From: the human T2T-CHM13v2.0 reference genome, Homo sapiens
Assembly: GCF_009914755.1 (NCBI RefSeq)
Contig: NC_060942.1
Length of the DNA: 64,000 nt
Reading direction: 5' to 3' (one strand)
Shown: piece by piece, positions 12,053 through 24,905 of the stretch
Position numbering within the stretch: position 1 is the first letter of the stretch
How the letters are laid out: every line of letters starts with the position of its first letter
The notes under the pieces: generated by a model
What the model was told of the DNA's origin: nothing
Database searches by the model: none
The model's input: only the letters and a program-made list of their open reading frames with translations
Translations under genes and position numbers: made by a program

Positions 12053-14939
12053 ACAGGCTTGGCAAAAATGTCCTAGGGAGGACCTTGAGAGGTCTAGTTT
12101 CTGCAAGGTGCTTGCCTCAACCAGTCTCTGTGCCTAGGAAGGCTGTGTACTCTGACTGGCTGGCTGGAGTCACATGAGGTCAGGGCCTGTGGTGAGAGGG
12201 CAAGGGATGATAGTTTTTGCTTCAATTGTATCACGTGGAATAGTTTCTGTGTAGTAAAAAGGGGAGTTTCCTACCAGAATGGGGCAAAAGGATGCTATTA
12301 AAGAAAAACAACCACCAATATCCATCACATGAGAGAAGCAGATAAATGGGCATATTTGTCTAGCTAGCTTTTAACTCTTGTAAAAAGAGCACCATAAATT
12401 AAGCATTGCTCACTTAAGAATCTTTTTTTGAAATATAAGTATTGAAGATTCATGTTCAGTTTTATATCAGTGTGAAAATGTTTATCAAGATCTTATTCTT
12501 TATCTGGGACTGGCTGCAGCAATAGGTTGCTCTGGGGGAGAAGGCAAGAGGAACTTCAAATGATAGGTCTCAAAGAGGGCATAAAGGGATGGTCACTGAC
12601 AGGAGTGCACCTGCTCCCTCACAGCCTGATCCTGGGCTGGCTCTGACTCTTCTCATGCCATCATATCAGTGGGCCCTCAGTGAATGGACATGTCTCAAAA
12701 ATGAGGTTCTTCCATTCCCCATTCAGCTACTTCCCTTTCCCTTTCCCAGCACCTTCCCCTCCTAGGAACTATTCATGACTTTTTCCTCAAAACTCCTATC
12801 CCTTAGGCCTGCAACATGGCCAGATCTATGCTTTCCCTAGGGCCCAAAAGATAGGCAATTGTTCATGAGCAGAGCAATCCCTCCAAGGGCAGCAGCTCTT
12901 CTACATTTGGGCATTAATTCATAATCAAACATTGATGAATCATGCTATTTTACTGAAAAGCACAGTCCTTAAGTCAACCACCTAATCTAAGGGAAGAAAT
13001 TAAACTCTAAACCAACATAAACACATTACAAGTCATTAGTGTAATTAAAAAGGAATGTATAATTAAAACATTTGTGTATTTTAGCTCAAATTCATCTGCG
13101 GTCGGAAATTTTAATGAACTGTTCATCAAAGGAGTCTCGGGAGTCTGGGGATAAGTTTAGCATAACAAGAAACTGAATGTTTTCTTCCCCTCTGCTTCAG
13201 GAACCCCATTCCCTCTGGTTTCTAAAAAGCAACCTGTCATTGGTTCCACCAAACTAATAATGATTCTAAGTGGTTATGATTGCTTCCGTGTTTTAAACTG
13301 ATGTTATCTTTTTATCCCTTAAGAATCATGTTTTTCATAATTACTTCTCTTTTGTCCTTTCCTTAAGACAAATGATTTTGTAATTAGCGATGAAGGAAGG
13401 AGTCGTCACTCCAAGACATCTGTCAAGTTGTCAGGAAGTATGTCTCCCTGTAGCTATATTTAAACTTTCTGTTTAATAGCCTCTTGCTTTATTTCACAAG
13501 AACATCTCTGCGGAATCATGCCCAGGATCCCCTAATGATCAGTTTCTATAAAACACAGAGCAATTAGACGGTAAGAAATATCGCTCCCCAGAACGTCCTT
13601 CCTATTCATAATGTGCACCTCTTCCTCCTAGCATTCCCTTCACTCAGGCTTCCCACCCACATGGATGTGCCTGCTCCAGAGGCTTTGGATTTTAGTCTCT
13701 AGCCCATGAGATGGCTGAGTGTGTCAACAATTAGGCTGACATTTTCCCTAACTTCAGCATTCAGTTGTAACAATGCTCTCTTCCTGCAAATGAATGGCAA
13801 GCTACAGTGGTAAACAGAATATTTCTCCCTTGGAGGGAGCAAACCCTCACTAAGGCTGTGTATTTTCTGTGCACCCTACAGAGAAATGACATGCTTGCTC
13901 ACATGTCTGCTGTTCAGTGTCATCTGCCGCATTAAACAGCCTCCCAGTGACTCCTACACCCTCATTCTTTAGGCACTGAATCCAAACTGACAGAAACATC
14001 CAGTGAAGTGTGGAGGGAATATGGATAGCTCAGCTTAGGAGAGTATTCCAGATTATTGCTAATCTCCAATTCTGCTGCCATTCTGTCAGTAGCCAAAATC
14101 CTGAATCATAGAAATCTCAAACTGTTCTGATCACTCACTCTCTTTATTCTTCCATAGCCCGTCCAACCCATGACTCTTGTTCTTCATGAGAGAAAGGTAG
14201 GTATACAACATTCTGTGGTTTCCAAGAGTCACATAACAGGTTTCAGACAAGCCCAGGAAAAGAGAAACTTGCTGAACTGCAGTCTGATTCTGTCCTTCCA
14301 CTTGGCTATGGAGGAGACACAGAGATGGGACTGGCCATGTTGAATGAATGAACACATTAAATTCCCTCCATACCTTTGAAAAAGTTGGCATTTGATACAT
14401 CTTCCCCTTCCAGCTTACTCATCCTTCAAAACACCCATATTACTGGCCTGGGTCTCAGAGACCTGCCATGCCTTAAAATTCACCTGAAAATTATCAGGAT
14501 AAAGTGGGAACACTATTGCTTAACATATTTTTCCCTCACAGGTGTATTCGCATTTAAGAGCAGACTCTTAAAGATCAAAAAGCCTCTAGGAGACCAAAAC
14601 AAAAATTATTATAAAATTCAGCCTTCAGATAACTGAAAGAATCAAGACTTTTGTTTTCTGATGGGGCTGGCAGACTAGTCCTGGGTCTCCTTTCATTGCA
14701 TCATGTGGTGGCTGCTAATTCATTCTTCCGCCTGAGTGCAGTTCATGAGCACGTAACAAGATAGGGGAAGAGATACAACAAATATGGTGGCTAAAATGAT
14801 AAGGAAAATAATTAAATCATTTTGCTTACTTTCCTAGTTTCCCAACTTATCCCTTCATGGAGCTCATGGATAATGATTATATTTAAAATGAAATGAATCC
14901 ACAAATGTCTTTAAGCTGCACTTATCTTTGTCTATTCCA

Positions 14940-15130
14940 AATGCCACTACTCCCTTGTGGCTATTTCCATGTTCCTTAAATTATTTTTACTGCAATTTCA
15001 TCTTTTTTTTAAAAAGCCATTCTTCATGTCAGTGTCAGACGGATCATTTTAAGACACTAGTTGCATCACTACCTTGTCTTTCTGCTGTTAGAATGCTGAA
15101 AAGCCTTCCTGACACCCTTGGGTTACAGCA
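14940..15130 (+). mobile_element. L2 fragment
   Basis: Pyrimidine-rich decayed L2-like text (GTCAGACGGATCATTTTAAGAC..GCATCACTACCTTG). Confidence 0.4.
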
Positions 15131-15299
15131 CGGCTTCATGTCACCTTCCCTCAGTGCATCCGTCACCATTGCTTACCATTATTCAGCAATGGACAGCCTG
15201 AGCTCATTAAACTGGGCACCATCCTTTGTTCCCACCACTCCATTCTAATTCGTATTGGCTCAAGCTTATTGGCATAATTACAGGAAGTGAAAATATTGA

Positions 15300-15455
15300 G
15301 AAGGTCTAAGACGCTGAAAATCCTACTTGGCTGCCATGCTGACCTTGATTTCTCCACCTCTTCTTTCCAATATGAAAAATAAACCTTAATCTTGTTTAAG
15401 CCACTGTTGTGTCCATTGTTGATTACCAGCAACTGAATGCAATTCTTAACTGACT
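15300..15455 (+). mobile_element. MLT1 (J/I-like) LTR 3' fragment
   Basis: GAAAAATAAACCTTAATCTTGTTTAAGCCACTGTTG...CAGCAACTGAATGCAATTCTTAACTGA is the typical MLT1J-type 3' end. Confidence 0.7.
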
Positions 15456-15607
15456 GCAAATGGATGGAAACCACTATTTCCACCTGTTTTACCTATATTA
15501 CCTGTTGCTCATATTTAAAGATAGGTGACTTTCCCTTCCACTCCCTTTATGTTTTCTGTTCTTTGGATTGTTTCCTTATTCTTTTGTTTGTTTGAAATAT
15601 TGTGTAG

Positions 15608-15676
15608 GCCTTTACCTATGTAACGAAACTGCACATCCTGCACGTGTACCCTGGAACTTAAAAGATGAAAAAAAAA
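15608..15676 (+). mobile_element. Very short 5'-truncated L1PA (older L1PA-type) 3' end with A tail and 14-bp TSD
   Basis: TTTACCTATGTAACGAAACTGCACATCCTGCACGTGTACCCTGGAACTTAAAA plus A tail, flanked by GAAATATTGTGTAG (15594-15607) and GAAATATTGTATAG (15677-15690). Confidence 0.9.
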
Positions 15677-16299
15677 GAAATATTGTATAGTGTGATTTGG
15701 AGTTCAAAAAATATTTAATTCAAAGCTGAAACCACCCCTCAAGTCCTCACTTGAAAGATGCTACCAAAACAGTGCTTCCAATATTCATCCCTGGGCTCTT
15801 CTTCCTCCTCTCCAGCAATGCCCTGCCTGACAAGAACTCAAAGGAGAAAAAATAGTATAAACAAAGGCATTTTTCTCATGACTCCACTTCCTTTGGTCAA
15901 AAATTAATATGGTCTTGGTGGTTTTCAACCCTCTATATGAAATTGTAACTCAAGCACATCTTGAGTGCAGAGAGGTAATCCAAATTTTATAAATCTTTTT
16001 AGACTATAGAAATTTAATAGTTGTGTGTTGAACAAATGAATAAATAATGGCATCACAAACAGGGAACAGTGTATACTTTAAAAAAGAATAAGACACTATA
16101 ATAGTATGAGTAGTTGAAAAGATTTGACATGAGGAAATTCCAAAGCTTCACATACATTTACATCATGGGACCTGAGTAAAAGTTTTTTATTCTTATACAA
16201 CTTTTTGGAAGGTGATCTACTGTCACCTTTGATCCTTGCCACCTCCACACCTTTCTGCCATATTTATTTGGATATGGGGGGGGTTAGAGTATTTTAAAA

Positions 16300-16920
16300 A
16301 TTGATGTTTTTAGGGAAAATAAGGAGACACAAAGCATAGAAGGAATTTTGGGGAAAATACCACAAAATAGAACAATAATATTAGTCTTCATGGGACAAAG
16401 GAAAATGGTGACAACAGACATTGTAGTTACAGGGATAGGAACGTGGAAGCTGCACCCTAGGTGGATAGCTGGAAAGTCAGTAAAATGCCAGATAAGTTTG
16501 TGGAATGTAAGGAATCCATGCTTCATTTCCCTGGTAGACACTCAGGCTGTGTTTAAATAAGAAAATCCTGGAGAGGAATAGTTATAGTTAGCCTCGCTGT
16601 GACAAAGAAAGCAAGGAAAATTTTTCATGACCCAGAACTGTGAAATGGATGTTGCCAATGTGTAGTGTGTATATAACAGAATCATGAACTAAAGGGAGAG
16701 AAAGGCCAATGGAGGGAAAGGTCATCTCAATGGTAACCTATATTCACCACTGACCAAGCTCTAGATATACTCTTACTCTTAACACCTCGGCACTGCCTAA
16801 ACACTTTTGAACTGAGACCAAACCCTTTGGAGAAAAGTGTAAGGAAAACTGATTAAACTAAGATTATAATTCTGAAGACTGAGAACTTTAAATTGAAATT
16901 AAGTTTAATTATAGAAGCAG
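16300..16920 (+). mobile_element. Possible ancient LTR fragment (Gypsy-like, LTR85/MamGyp-type)
   Basis: Ends GACTGAGAACTTTAAATTGAAATTAAGTTTAATTATAGAA, reminiscent of old mammalian Gypsy LTR ends. Recalled similarity only. Confidence 0.25.
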
Positions 16921-17561
16921 GAACTAATGTGCCTTGCACATCTGAGTTTGTGCCCTGAAATTTCTAACCACTTCACATCGTCTCCAAGTAATAAAGGCTT
17001 TGACATCTTGGTAGTTAGCTCTAAACATCTGTACGTTGGGAAAGATTGCCACAAGATCATCCTCATCTCTACCCATCGTTATCATTCTCATCATCATCAT
17101 TATTGTCTAAAAAAGAAAGAGGTTCAACTAAGTGGCTAAATAGGGCCAATCTTACATGCAGAAAAATAAAGCCCACCAAGCACAGGAGTATGGAGGTGTC
17201 CTTTAATAGGTGTTCCAGGACAGAATGGCCCTCATAAGGCTTCTCTCCTAAATATGAACTCCTCTGAGAGAAATGATACGTTGTGTTCAGGATTTCACTG
17301 TGAAGACATGTAAGAGGCTACTACTTGGAGAGGCTGGGAGAATTTTAGAACAATAACATTTTGAGGGGGTCAAGAAAAGCTAAATAAGGAAAGAGGCCTG
17401 CTTGCTGTAAGATGATGTTGGAGTCTGTTCCAAATAATGCTTTTCATTTACAAGTCCAGAAACAATGTAAGAGCTGCTTTTGAACATAGTTTGCTAACAT
17501 CCTTCTCCAAGAGTTCTATTTATACTTTGACTTACCCTAATTTGTCCCATGTACTCTCTCT

Positions 17562-17628
17562 CACACACATATTCATGCACACACACACACACACACACAT
17601 ATTCACACATACACATGTATACATACAC
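17562..17628 (+). repeat. Interrupted (CA)n microsatellite
   Basis: Pure CA run at 17578-17599 with CATA variants on both sides. Confidence 0.9.
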
Positions 17629-17984
17629 CAAACTTGTGGTCTTTAGCGAAACGATTGAATGTTGAAGGACGCATCAGTAAAACAAGAATCCTAGAATTTA
17701 GATGTTAGATCCGTAGGCGTTTCTTGATAAATCTGTCAGATTTCACTGAAAATGCCATTGTGGCTTTACCTGTGATGTTTGTTTTTGTTCATGGCCAGAT
17801 TAGAGGCTTTATTTAATGTTACCACTAAGAGGGAGAAGAAGGAAAAGAAAGAAGAAATAAAAGGAATCCAAAAGTAATCAATGAGATAGATGTTAATCAC
17901 AAGGAAGACCTCTCTAACCATTTCAGCTGTTTAACAGAGGAAGGTTTACCTCTCATATGGATAAAAGTGTGATCTCTCTACAAA

Positions 17985-18095
17985 CATTGGTGACATCAGG
18001 AATGCTACAGAAAGAAATCATCTTCAATATCTTCAGTTGGATTCCAGAACTATGAATTTCTTGGACTTCTTTCTAACTCCATCATTCTAATCTTC
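17985..18095 (+). mobile_element. L3/CR1-type 3' end fragment
   Basis: AGGAATGCTACAGAAAGAAATC...GGACTTCTTTCTAACTCCATCATTCTA resembles the L3 tail (GGTCCCTTCCAACTCTGAGATTCT). Confidence 0.4.
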
Positions 18096-18729
18096 TATCA
18101 TGCCATATTAAGAACATATCCTGATGAAAAGCTCTTGCACACGTCACTAGCTCTGCAGCCTCCAGGAAAATTCATGTCTTTCCTGGACATGCACGTTTCC
18201 AAGCACATTTATACTGATACTTTCAAAAACAGCTGATGTTAACATTGTGGGTATTTATGGTGATCTAGATCTGTCAGAGTAAATATTGAAGATTTCTCTA
18301 GTGACAATGCTGTTCATCATAATTTCTAGTTGTACCTGGTATAATTAATCCTAAGGTTGTGGTTTTACTCAAAACAATGAAATATCAGAAGATGCTAAGA
18401 AATAAATTCCTTTGCTATCAAGATTCCACTCCAGAGACCAGGAAGCAAACATCATAGCTGCTATTGTCTTTCCAATGACTCTCAAAAATATGTTAATAAA
18501 TACTGTACTGGGTTTCACAGTCCCCAGATAAATAATTGTAATAATGGGTATTTATTTTAAAACCTTGGGCTCAATCTCATATATTTTTACTTGAAAAATT
18601 GTACATATCATGTTTTACCTCTAAATAGTTCAGACAATGCATTGTCTTAAGGCCTGGAGTGCAACTATTAAAATTCTATCTTGATTTTTAGGAAGGGTCT
18701 CTCAATCCCTCTTGAAACCCAGCTATAAT

Positions 18730-21125
18730 GGGACATCAAAAGAGTTAACAAAATAGTCACAAAGAGATACAAGAACTGATGGAAGAGGTCAAGAAAACTT
18801 GAGGAACTGTAATGAGACAAATAGAGGGTCACCAGCAGAGCATATCAAAGAAAGCTGAAATCAAAGTGCTTACAAGAAGATAGCCAAATATTGCTAAGAT
18901 GATTGAAGACAGAGATGGAGAGTTTTTAAGCTTGAGAGACACCAGAACCTTGGAGGATGAAAGTGTCAATTAGGACTTAAAACTGTAGGATAGATTGAAA
19001 GTCTATTTAGGAGTAATTAAACACCCAGGTGCCATTCCGTACTTTGTGCATCCAGGGGACTTAACCTGCCAATGGTTTCAGAAGACTGGAGGTTTGTGTA
19101 CTGCAGCAGTGGGACTACAAAAGCTTGTATATAACAAGCTTTTATAAACAACAACTATAGCTGACGGTGGAGGTGAGAGTGCTGCATCTACAACAGATTA
19201 TTAATGAACGTTTACATAACAAAATTACCAGGTCCCGGCCTGTTCCTCCTTATCATCTTCCAGAATGCTGGAAGTCAGGCTTTCACCTCTCAAGTCTGTG
19301 TCTGAATGACTCAGGAAATACCGTGGCTTAAATGAAAAAGCTGTTACTCCCTGATTAACCTTAGAGTAACAGCCACCCACTGACAGCTTTGCTCATGAAT
19401 ACAGAAATCCAGATAAGGTTTTGATGCCTCACTCTTAATTATAAATGGATTACAAGTAATCACCTGATGTTTGTGGAAGGCTTGCAAAATAAGAATGAGA
19501 AATCAAAGCAAATGGATCAAAAGAGACCAGAAGACACAGAATTTCAAAAGTCTAAAATGGCTTTTCCAAAAGAGAAAAATAAAGATAATACATCCGTAAA
19601 GTGAGAATTGGTTGTTTCACAAAAGAAACATTTAGTAAAATAGAGAAGGATTTTAGAAATTTGAAAATTTAGAGTAGAAATTTAAAAGTTCAACTCAATG
19701 AATAGAAGATAAAGAAATCTAAAAGCAGAACAGGAAAACAAATAGAAAATAAAAGAACAGAGACAGGAAAACTAGAATATCTGTTCAGGATTACAGTACA
19801 AGAGTGATAGGAGTTTGAGAAAAGGAGAGCATATAAAACTGAAATTATGCTATTTTCAAAGAACTAATGTAAGAAAACTTCCCATATTTAAGGGGTATGT
19901 TTCTAGGTTTTTTTTTAAAAAAAGAAAAAAAAAGTAAAATAGTTCACCTAATACCATGTACAATGAGTAAAAACAGACTATCTGCAAAGGATAACATCAT
20001 AGAATTCCAGAATTGTGGGGTTAAAGAGGTAATCCAAAATATCCATAGACCAATGAAACAAAAAAAAAAACAAACAAGAGATGATGAGGAGAGTGGCTTG
20101 GAATCAGAATCACATTTTATTTCTAAAAAGGAGATACTTGAAGCAAAAAGAGAATGGAGAAAAGCCTTCAAATTTATTGAGAAGACAATCTTTGACTTAG
20201 AATGTAATACCTAGCCCAAACTCAATCAACTATGACGGGAAAATAAAGTCATGTTCAGACACACTGAGTTTCAAAAAATGTATTCCTTCTGCATTCTTTC
20301 TGAGAAAGCTACTATAAAAGATTTTCTACTGAAACAGGAAAGATGGAGACATGTGATCAAAGATGTAGGACTTTAACAGAAAGAGAAGCAACTGAAAAGT
20401 TCTAGGCCGGGTGTGGTGGCTCACGCCTGTAATCCCACCACTTTGGGAGGCCGAGGCAGGTGGATCACCTGAGGTCAGGAGTTCGAGACCAGCCTGGGCA
20501 ACCTGTTGAAACCCCACCTCTAATAAAATACAAAAATTAGCCAGGCATGGTGGCCTGTGGCTATAATCCCAGCTACTCCAAAGTCTGAGGCAGGAGAATT
20601 GCTTGAGCGTGGGAGATGGAAGTTGCAGTGAGCCGAGATAGCACCACTGACAGCATAGGTGACAGAGCTAGACTCCCTCTCAAAAAATAAAAAATAAAAT
20701 AAAATAAAATAAGTTGTGATGATGGTGAAGCGAAATCCCAGCATTATAAATGTGTCTGGAGTGTAACCATCCTAGACTGAAGCAGAATGAAACAGGGCTT
20801 TAGCGGAGATGCCTCCAGAAAAAAAAAAAAAAAAGGAAATGTGCAACGATGATTACTATATGACCTTGTACTATATTTAGAGATTATCTGCACTATCAGA
20901 AAGTTTTGGGGTGAATTTGAAAACTAAACCAAAGAGAGGAAGAGCGAGAGAGAATGACAATTATTAACTTCAGAGTAAAGAAAAAGTTGGGCAAGAATTA
21001 TATTTTAATTGTAGTTCATTACATGGCTCAACTGTGAACAGTATTTACATAGTCCATTATAATGTTAATAGCAAATGTCAATTTAACTCCCAAATTGACA
21101 GAACGATAGGAAGGGAAATGTGTGA
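18730..21125 (+). mobile_element. HAL1 (half-L1, ORF1-only non-autonomous LINE) remnant, interrupted by an Alu
   Basis: ORF 19897-20214 ends KEILEAKREWRKAFKFIEK (L1 ORF1 C-terminal ETLEARRQWxxxFKxLKE). Downstream is HAL1-type 3' sequence (GATGATGGTGAAGCGAAATCCCAG...CCTAGACTGAAGCAGAATG; TGGCTCAACTGTGAACAGTATTTACATAGTC) rather than ORF2. Confidence 0.75.
20405..20712 (+). mobile_element. AluS (Sx/Sz-like), full length
   Basis: GGCCGGGTGTGGTGGCTCACGCCTGTAATCCC...GGATCACCTGAGGTCAGGAGTTCGAGACCAGCCTG, A-rich linker, right arm, (AAAAT)n tail. Confidence 0.96.
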
Positions 21126-21676
21126 ACGGCATTATAGAAAAAGATAGTGTGCGTGCGCGCGTGTGTGTATGTGTGTGTATCGTTGTATATTAGCAACGAA
21201 TGCAATGAAAAGTGACCCTATATAGAATGACAATATTTTTAGAGAGGAAAGAGAAGTTGCATGCCCTCTGGTATAATTGCCTTCTTTAATAGAAATTGAA
21301 AACCCTGTAAGGTTAGCTGGTTTGCTTATGGAAGTGGCAGAGCAGAAATAAGGACCACAATTTTGTGTTTGCTTCTTTTATTTCCCTGTCTAGTACTCTT
21401 CCCCAGTAGCTTTAACCTGGTCAAGCATTTCAGATGCACACTGGAGATTTGGAATGGGATTCAAGGAAGGCCACTCTTGGTATGCATGCCAGTGATGTTC
21501 CCTCATTATCACTTTCAAGTTGCTGATAACCACTGCAACTGCCTAGTCCCAGAGACCCTCATTTTCTCTAAATATTAGTAGCAGATAGTAGGGCTATTAG
21601 GGTTTCTATCATTGTGCCATATGGGATTGAAACCACTCTACCCATTGTGTGTATATTGTGTTCTGTCATTACAATT

Positions 21677-21718
21677 TGTGTGTGTGTGTATCTGTGTGTG
21701 TGTGTGCGTGTGTGTGTA
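21677..21718 (+). repeat. Interrupted (TG)n microsatellite
   Basis: TGTGTGTGTGTGTATCTGTGTGTGTGTGTGCGTGTGTGTGT. Confidence 0.9.
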
Positions 21719-21994
21719 TCTTGTCTTTCCACCTAAAACTGGAGGTCCTTGGGAAAGAAGAAGCATATTTTGCTTTTCTATATCCCCCACAACAGTGGCC
21801 AAAGTCCCAGTAAGAAAACAAAGCTGTGAGGAAACCTTTTACGTAACTAAGCCTAGGTCTGAGGGGAAACAAAACAAAACACAACACATGGCCCGAGGAG
21901 AGTCAGCATATAAGGGGACCAAATTACAATCCTAACAAATAAGATAATTGCAATGATCATGTGAAGTAGGATAACCGGTTGTTTCCAACTAACT

Positions 21995-22135
21995 TGGTGC
22001 TAAAAATGTGCCCGGTGCTGTTCTAAGGGCTTTATGCACCTTCACTCATTAAAACAGCAAAAGAAAAGCACAAGTTGAGTACAATTATGATTTTCATTTG
22101 CCAGGTGAGAAAACTGAGGTGCAGTGAGATTCAAC
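21995..22135 (-). mobile_element. MIR fragment
   Basis: ATGTGCCCGGTGCTGTTCTAAGGGCTTTA...CAGGTGAGAAAACTGAGGTGCAGTGAG. Confidence 0.75.
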
Positions 22136-24167
22136 ATGACAGAGACAATGAGACAGGACGTCTGCTCCTCTTTCTCTATGAGACTATGTGTCTGGAACTT
22201 CACTGGGGACTCCGTCCAGAATGTTCTTCATTTGCACGTCTGATCCCCCTCCAGAATCTATACCTGAAGAGAGGCACATTATCTCACACATCTCTTTAAC
22301 TCTTGCAGTTATAAGTAGAGTATCTCACATGCAGTGAGCACTCAGCACTTATCTGTGAGCTGAACAAACAAGGAAGCTGTGATGGATGAGGAATCCTGCT
22401 GTGCACAGACTGATGGAGTCATGAAAGATTGGGTAGATGTGGTGCCAATATACCATCGACCATTAAATGATCCTAAATAACTTCAAAAATGTAAGCGCTA
22501 TTCAAAAACATTTTATGTGATGTAGGTAAAAAACCATTTTGTATAATTTAAAAACTTTTTAAAACAATCAAATCACAACAGTATTTATAGTTTTTTGTGT
22601 TAATTTGTGTTACCGAAGGCTTATCTTTTGAGGTTTTGAAGTGTAACTCTGGAGAGTTTTTCATAACAGGTACAACAAATAAAATGGCTTTGGCTGAGTT
22701 TCAAAAAAGAGAGAAAGAAAATATTGAATTAAAAAATGGTTTTACTCAAACATTTTATGTAATTTTGTTAATTTCCCACTTTGTCACATATATAAAAAGT
22801 TAAGAAAAGAGATTTTCTTAAAGAGATAGATCAGATATTGGATTTCTTTACTCAAAGCAACAAAACAATGCTGCATAGCCAAAACTCTGGCTTGTTAAAT
22901 TGTGATTAAATGGAATTTGTTTTTGTTTTGTTTTTCTGAATAAGGCCTACAATCAATACATGCTTTTATTTTTGTCTTTACCAAGCTGAGGGACTTTCAA
23001 ATTATTGTCTGACTTTTAGTCCCTCAGGTGTGAGGCATTTCAGTCTGAAAGGACTTCTGAGTCCTTTGCTCTGTGTGTGTTAATTAGAGTTGGTTTCATG
23101 ATCTTTGCTGTCAGTTTCCTCTGCTCCACAATTTGAGAGACAGTGATGCTAAACCAATCCCCAAAGGTCTCTGGAGACCATTTCCAGTTGCATTACTGAT
23201 TTATTTTTGTCTTGACCAGATGGCTCCAGGTTCCTGTGACTGTAAGGGAGTCTTTTTGATTACCCTATTTATCTCTCCCACTGCTCAATTTAAGGGTCAA
23301 ATCTCATGTAACACATTTGCCCGCAAGATAAACCATTCAAGCCCACTGCTGTTTGGACACCATACTTCTGACATATGCTCTGTGCCTCATTACACACCAA
23401 AGTTATTAGATTTAATACATGTTTTTATAAACTCCATAACAAAAGCAGGCAGGGTTTTTGTTGGTTTGTCTGCAGATTCTTCAGAACTTGCAGCCAATGG
23501 AAGGGCAGCATTCAGGAGGACTCAGCAGAGAGGAGGGGACTCTGCAGATCCCTCAAGGCTCCCTGACTGAGGCTTTCCTTGCCTTTATGGAGGTGGCCAT
23601 GAAAAAGATGAGCAGAACATTTTTAATGAAACCAATAAAAATGCAAAGGAAGATTTAATGTTTAAAGAAACAATAAATCAAAAGTGACAACTGAAATGCA
23701 ATATTTCACCATGAGATTGAGGAAATCAATTCATCCAAAGGGCACACTTGGCTTCTGTTAAAAAAAAAATTCCCCACACATACTCACACAATAAAAGCTA
23801 TCATATCAGCTGAAGCTAAATAAGCTCTAGTTAATGGATTTTGAAACCTTGAAAAACACGCATGAAGCCAGACAGTACAGAACCTCATAGCATTTGGATA
23901 CACATACTCACACACAAACATACACACACCCCACAATGTGTACAATCCAAGAAGCATAAATTGCTATGATTAGGAAACTCTCTAAGTAAGGGTTAGGTAA
24001 TAACAAAAAATAAATCCATTGTTAAAGATGCTCTCTGAACTCAGAACTAATGATCAGATTATTTATTTTAATTCCTAAATCATTTCCTTTTAAGAATTCT
24101 CATGCAACAAAAAATATTAATTGAATTCTAAAAGTAGAAGGAGTAACTTGGGTTCCATCTTCAGGAA

Positions 24168-24178
24168 ACACATACACA

Positions 24179-24219
<41 letters not shown>
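24168..24219 (+). repeat. (CA)n microsatellite
   Basis: Long AC run with two TA interruptions. Confidence 0.97.
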
Positions 24220-24222
<3 letters not shown>

Positions 24223-24679
24223 AATCAGATGCTTTGGGCCTATCTCATCAAGTGCAGGTAAAGTAACCCTAGAGGAAATTAAATTTAACAATTATTCTTG
24301 CCTTATAAGGGCTCACAAGTCAATGAGACCTTGTCACCTGCTTTAAAAATTATAATATAATTCAGCTTATGGCAAGGGCTACAACAAGGTTAAAAAGTGC
24401 AATAAAAACGGGCCTAGGAATCTTGGAGTGGATTGCAAAAGTGCTGTGATTTGATATAGATCTTGAGGGATGAGATAGAAGATAGCAACTTGACAGATAT
24501 AATCTGGAGAACAGAAGGAATAGAAGTTAAGGGTAGAGAACAATTTCTATGCTGCAATAGATAAAGATTAGAGGCGAGGTAGTTCAAAGAATACGTGAGA
24601 GACAAGGAACATGTATGCAGGCGGCAATGTGACAGAGTAGACAATAGAAGGGTGATGTCAACAATAGATAATAATGGAA

Positions 24680-24905
24680 CTAATAAAAATGGCTAGAGAT
24701 GGGATGCTCAGTCTTGGCACTGCGCCAGGTGGTCGTCATGCATTTTCACATGTCATTCTCTTTACAACTCTTCAAGGTAAGTATTAACTTCAGTTTACAG
24801 CTGAGGAAACCTAGGCCCTGTGGTGTTATTTCAGTTGCCCCTTGCCCCAGAGCTTGGAAGTGGCAGCAGTGAGATTCTAAACCCTCTGTGTGACTCTAGT
24901 GTGGG
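24680..24905 (-). mobile_element. MIR SINE
   Basis: TTTACAGCTGAGGAAACCTAGGC...GGAAGTGGCAGCAGTGAGATTCTAAACCC..TGTGTGACTC. Confidence 0.75.

Larger units (their letters stand above)
11285..12330 (-). mobile_element. Old MaLR LTR (MLT1J/K-like), split by a nested MLT1D
   Basis: Left part CAGTGACAGA..AAAACTAGCATAAACCAAAG..CTCATACAACTGAGAAG; right part CTCTGACTGGCTGGCTGGAGTCACATG...GGATGCT...AAAACAACCACCAATATCCATCACA. Confidence 0.6.
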
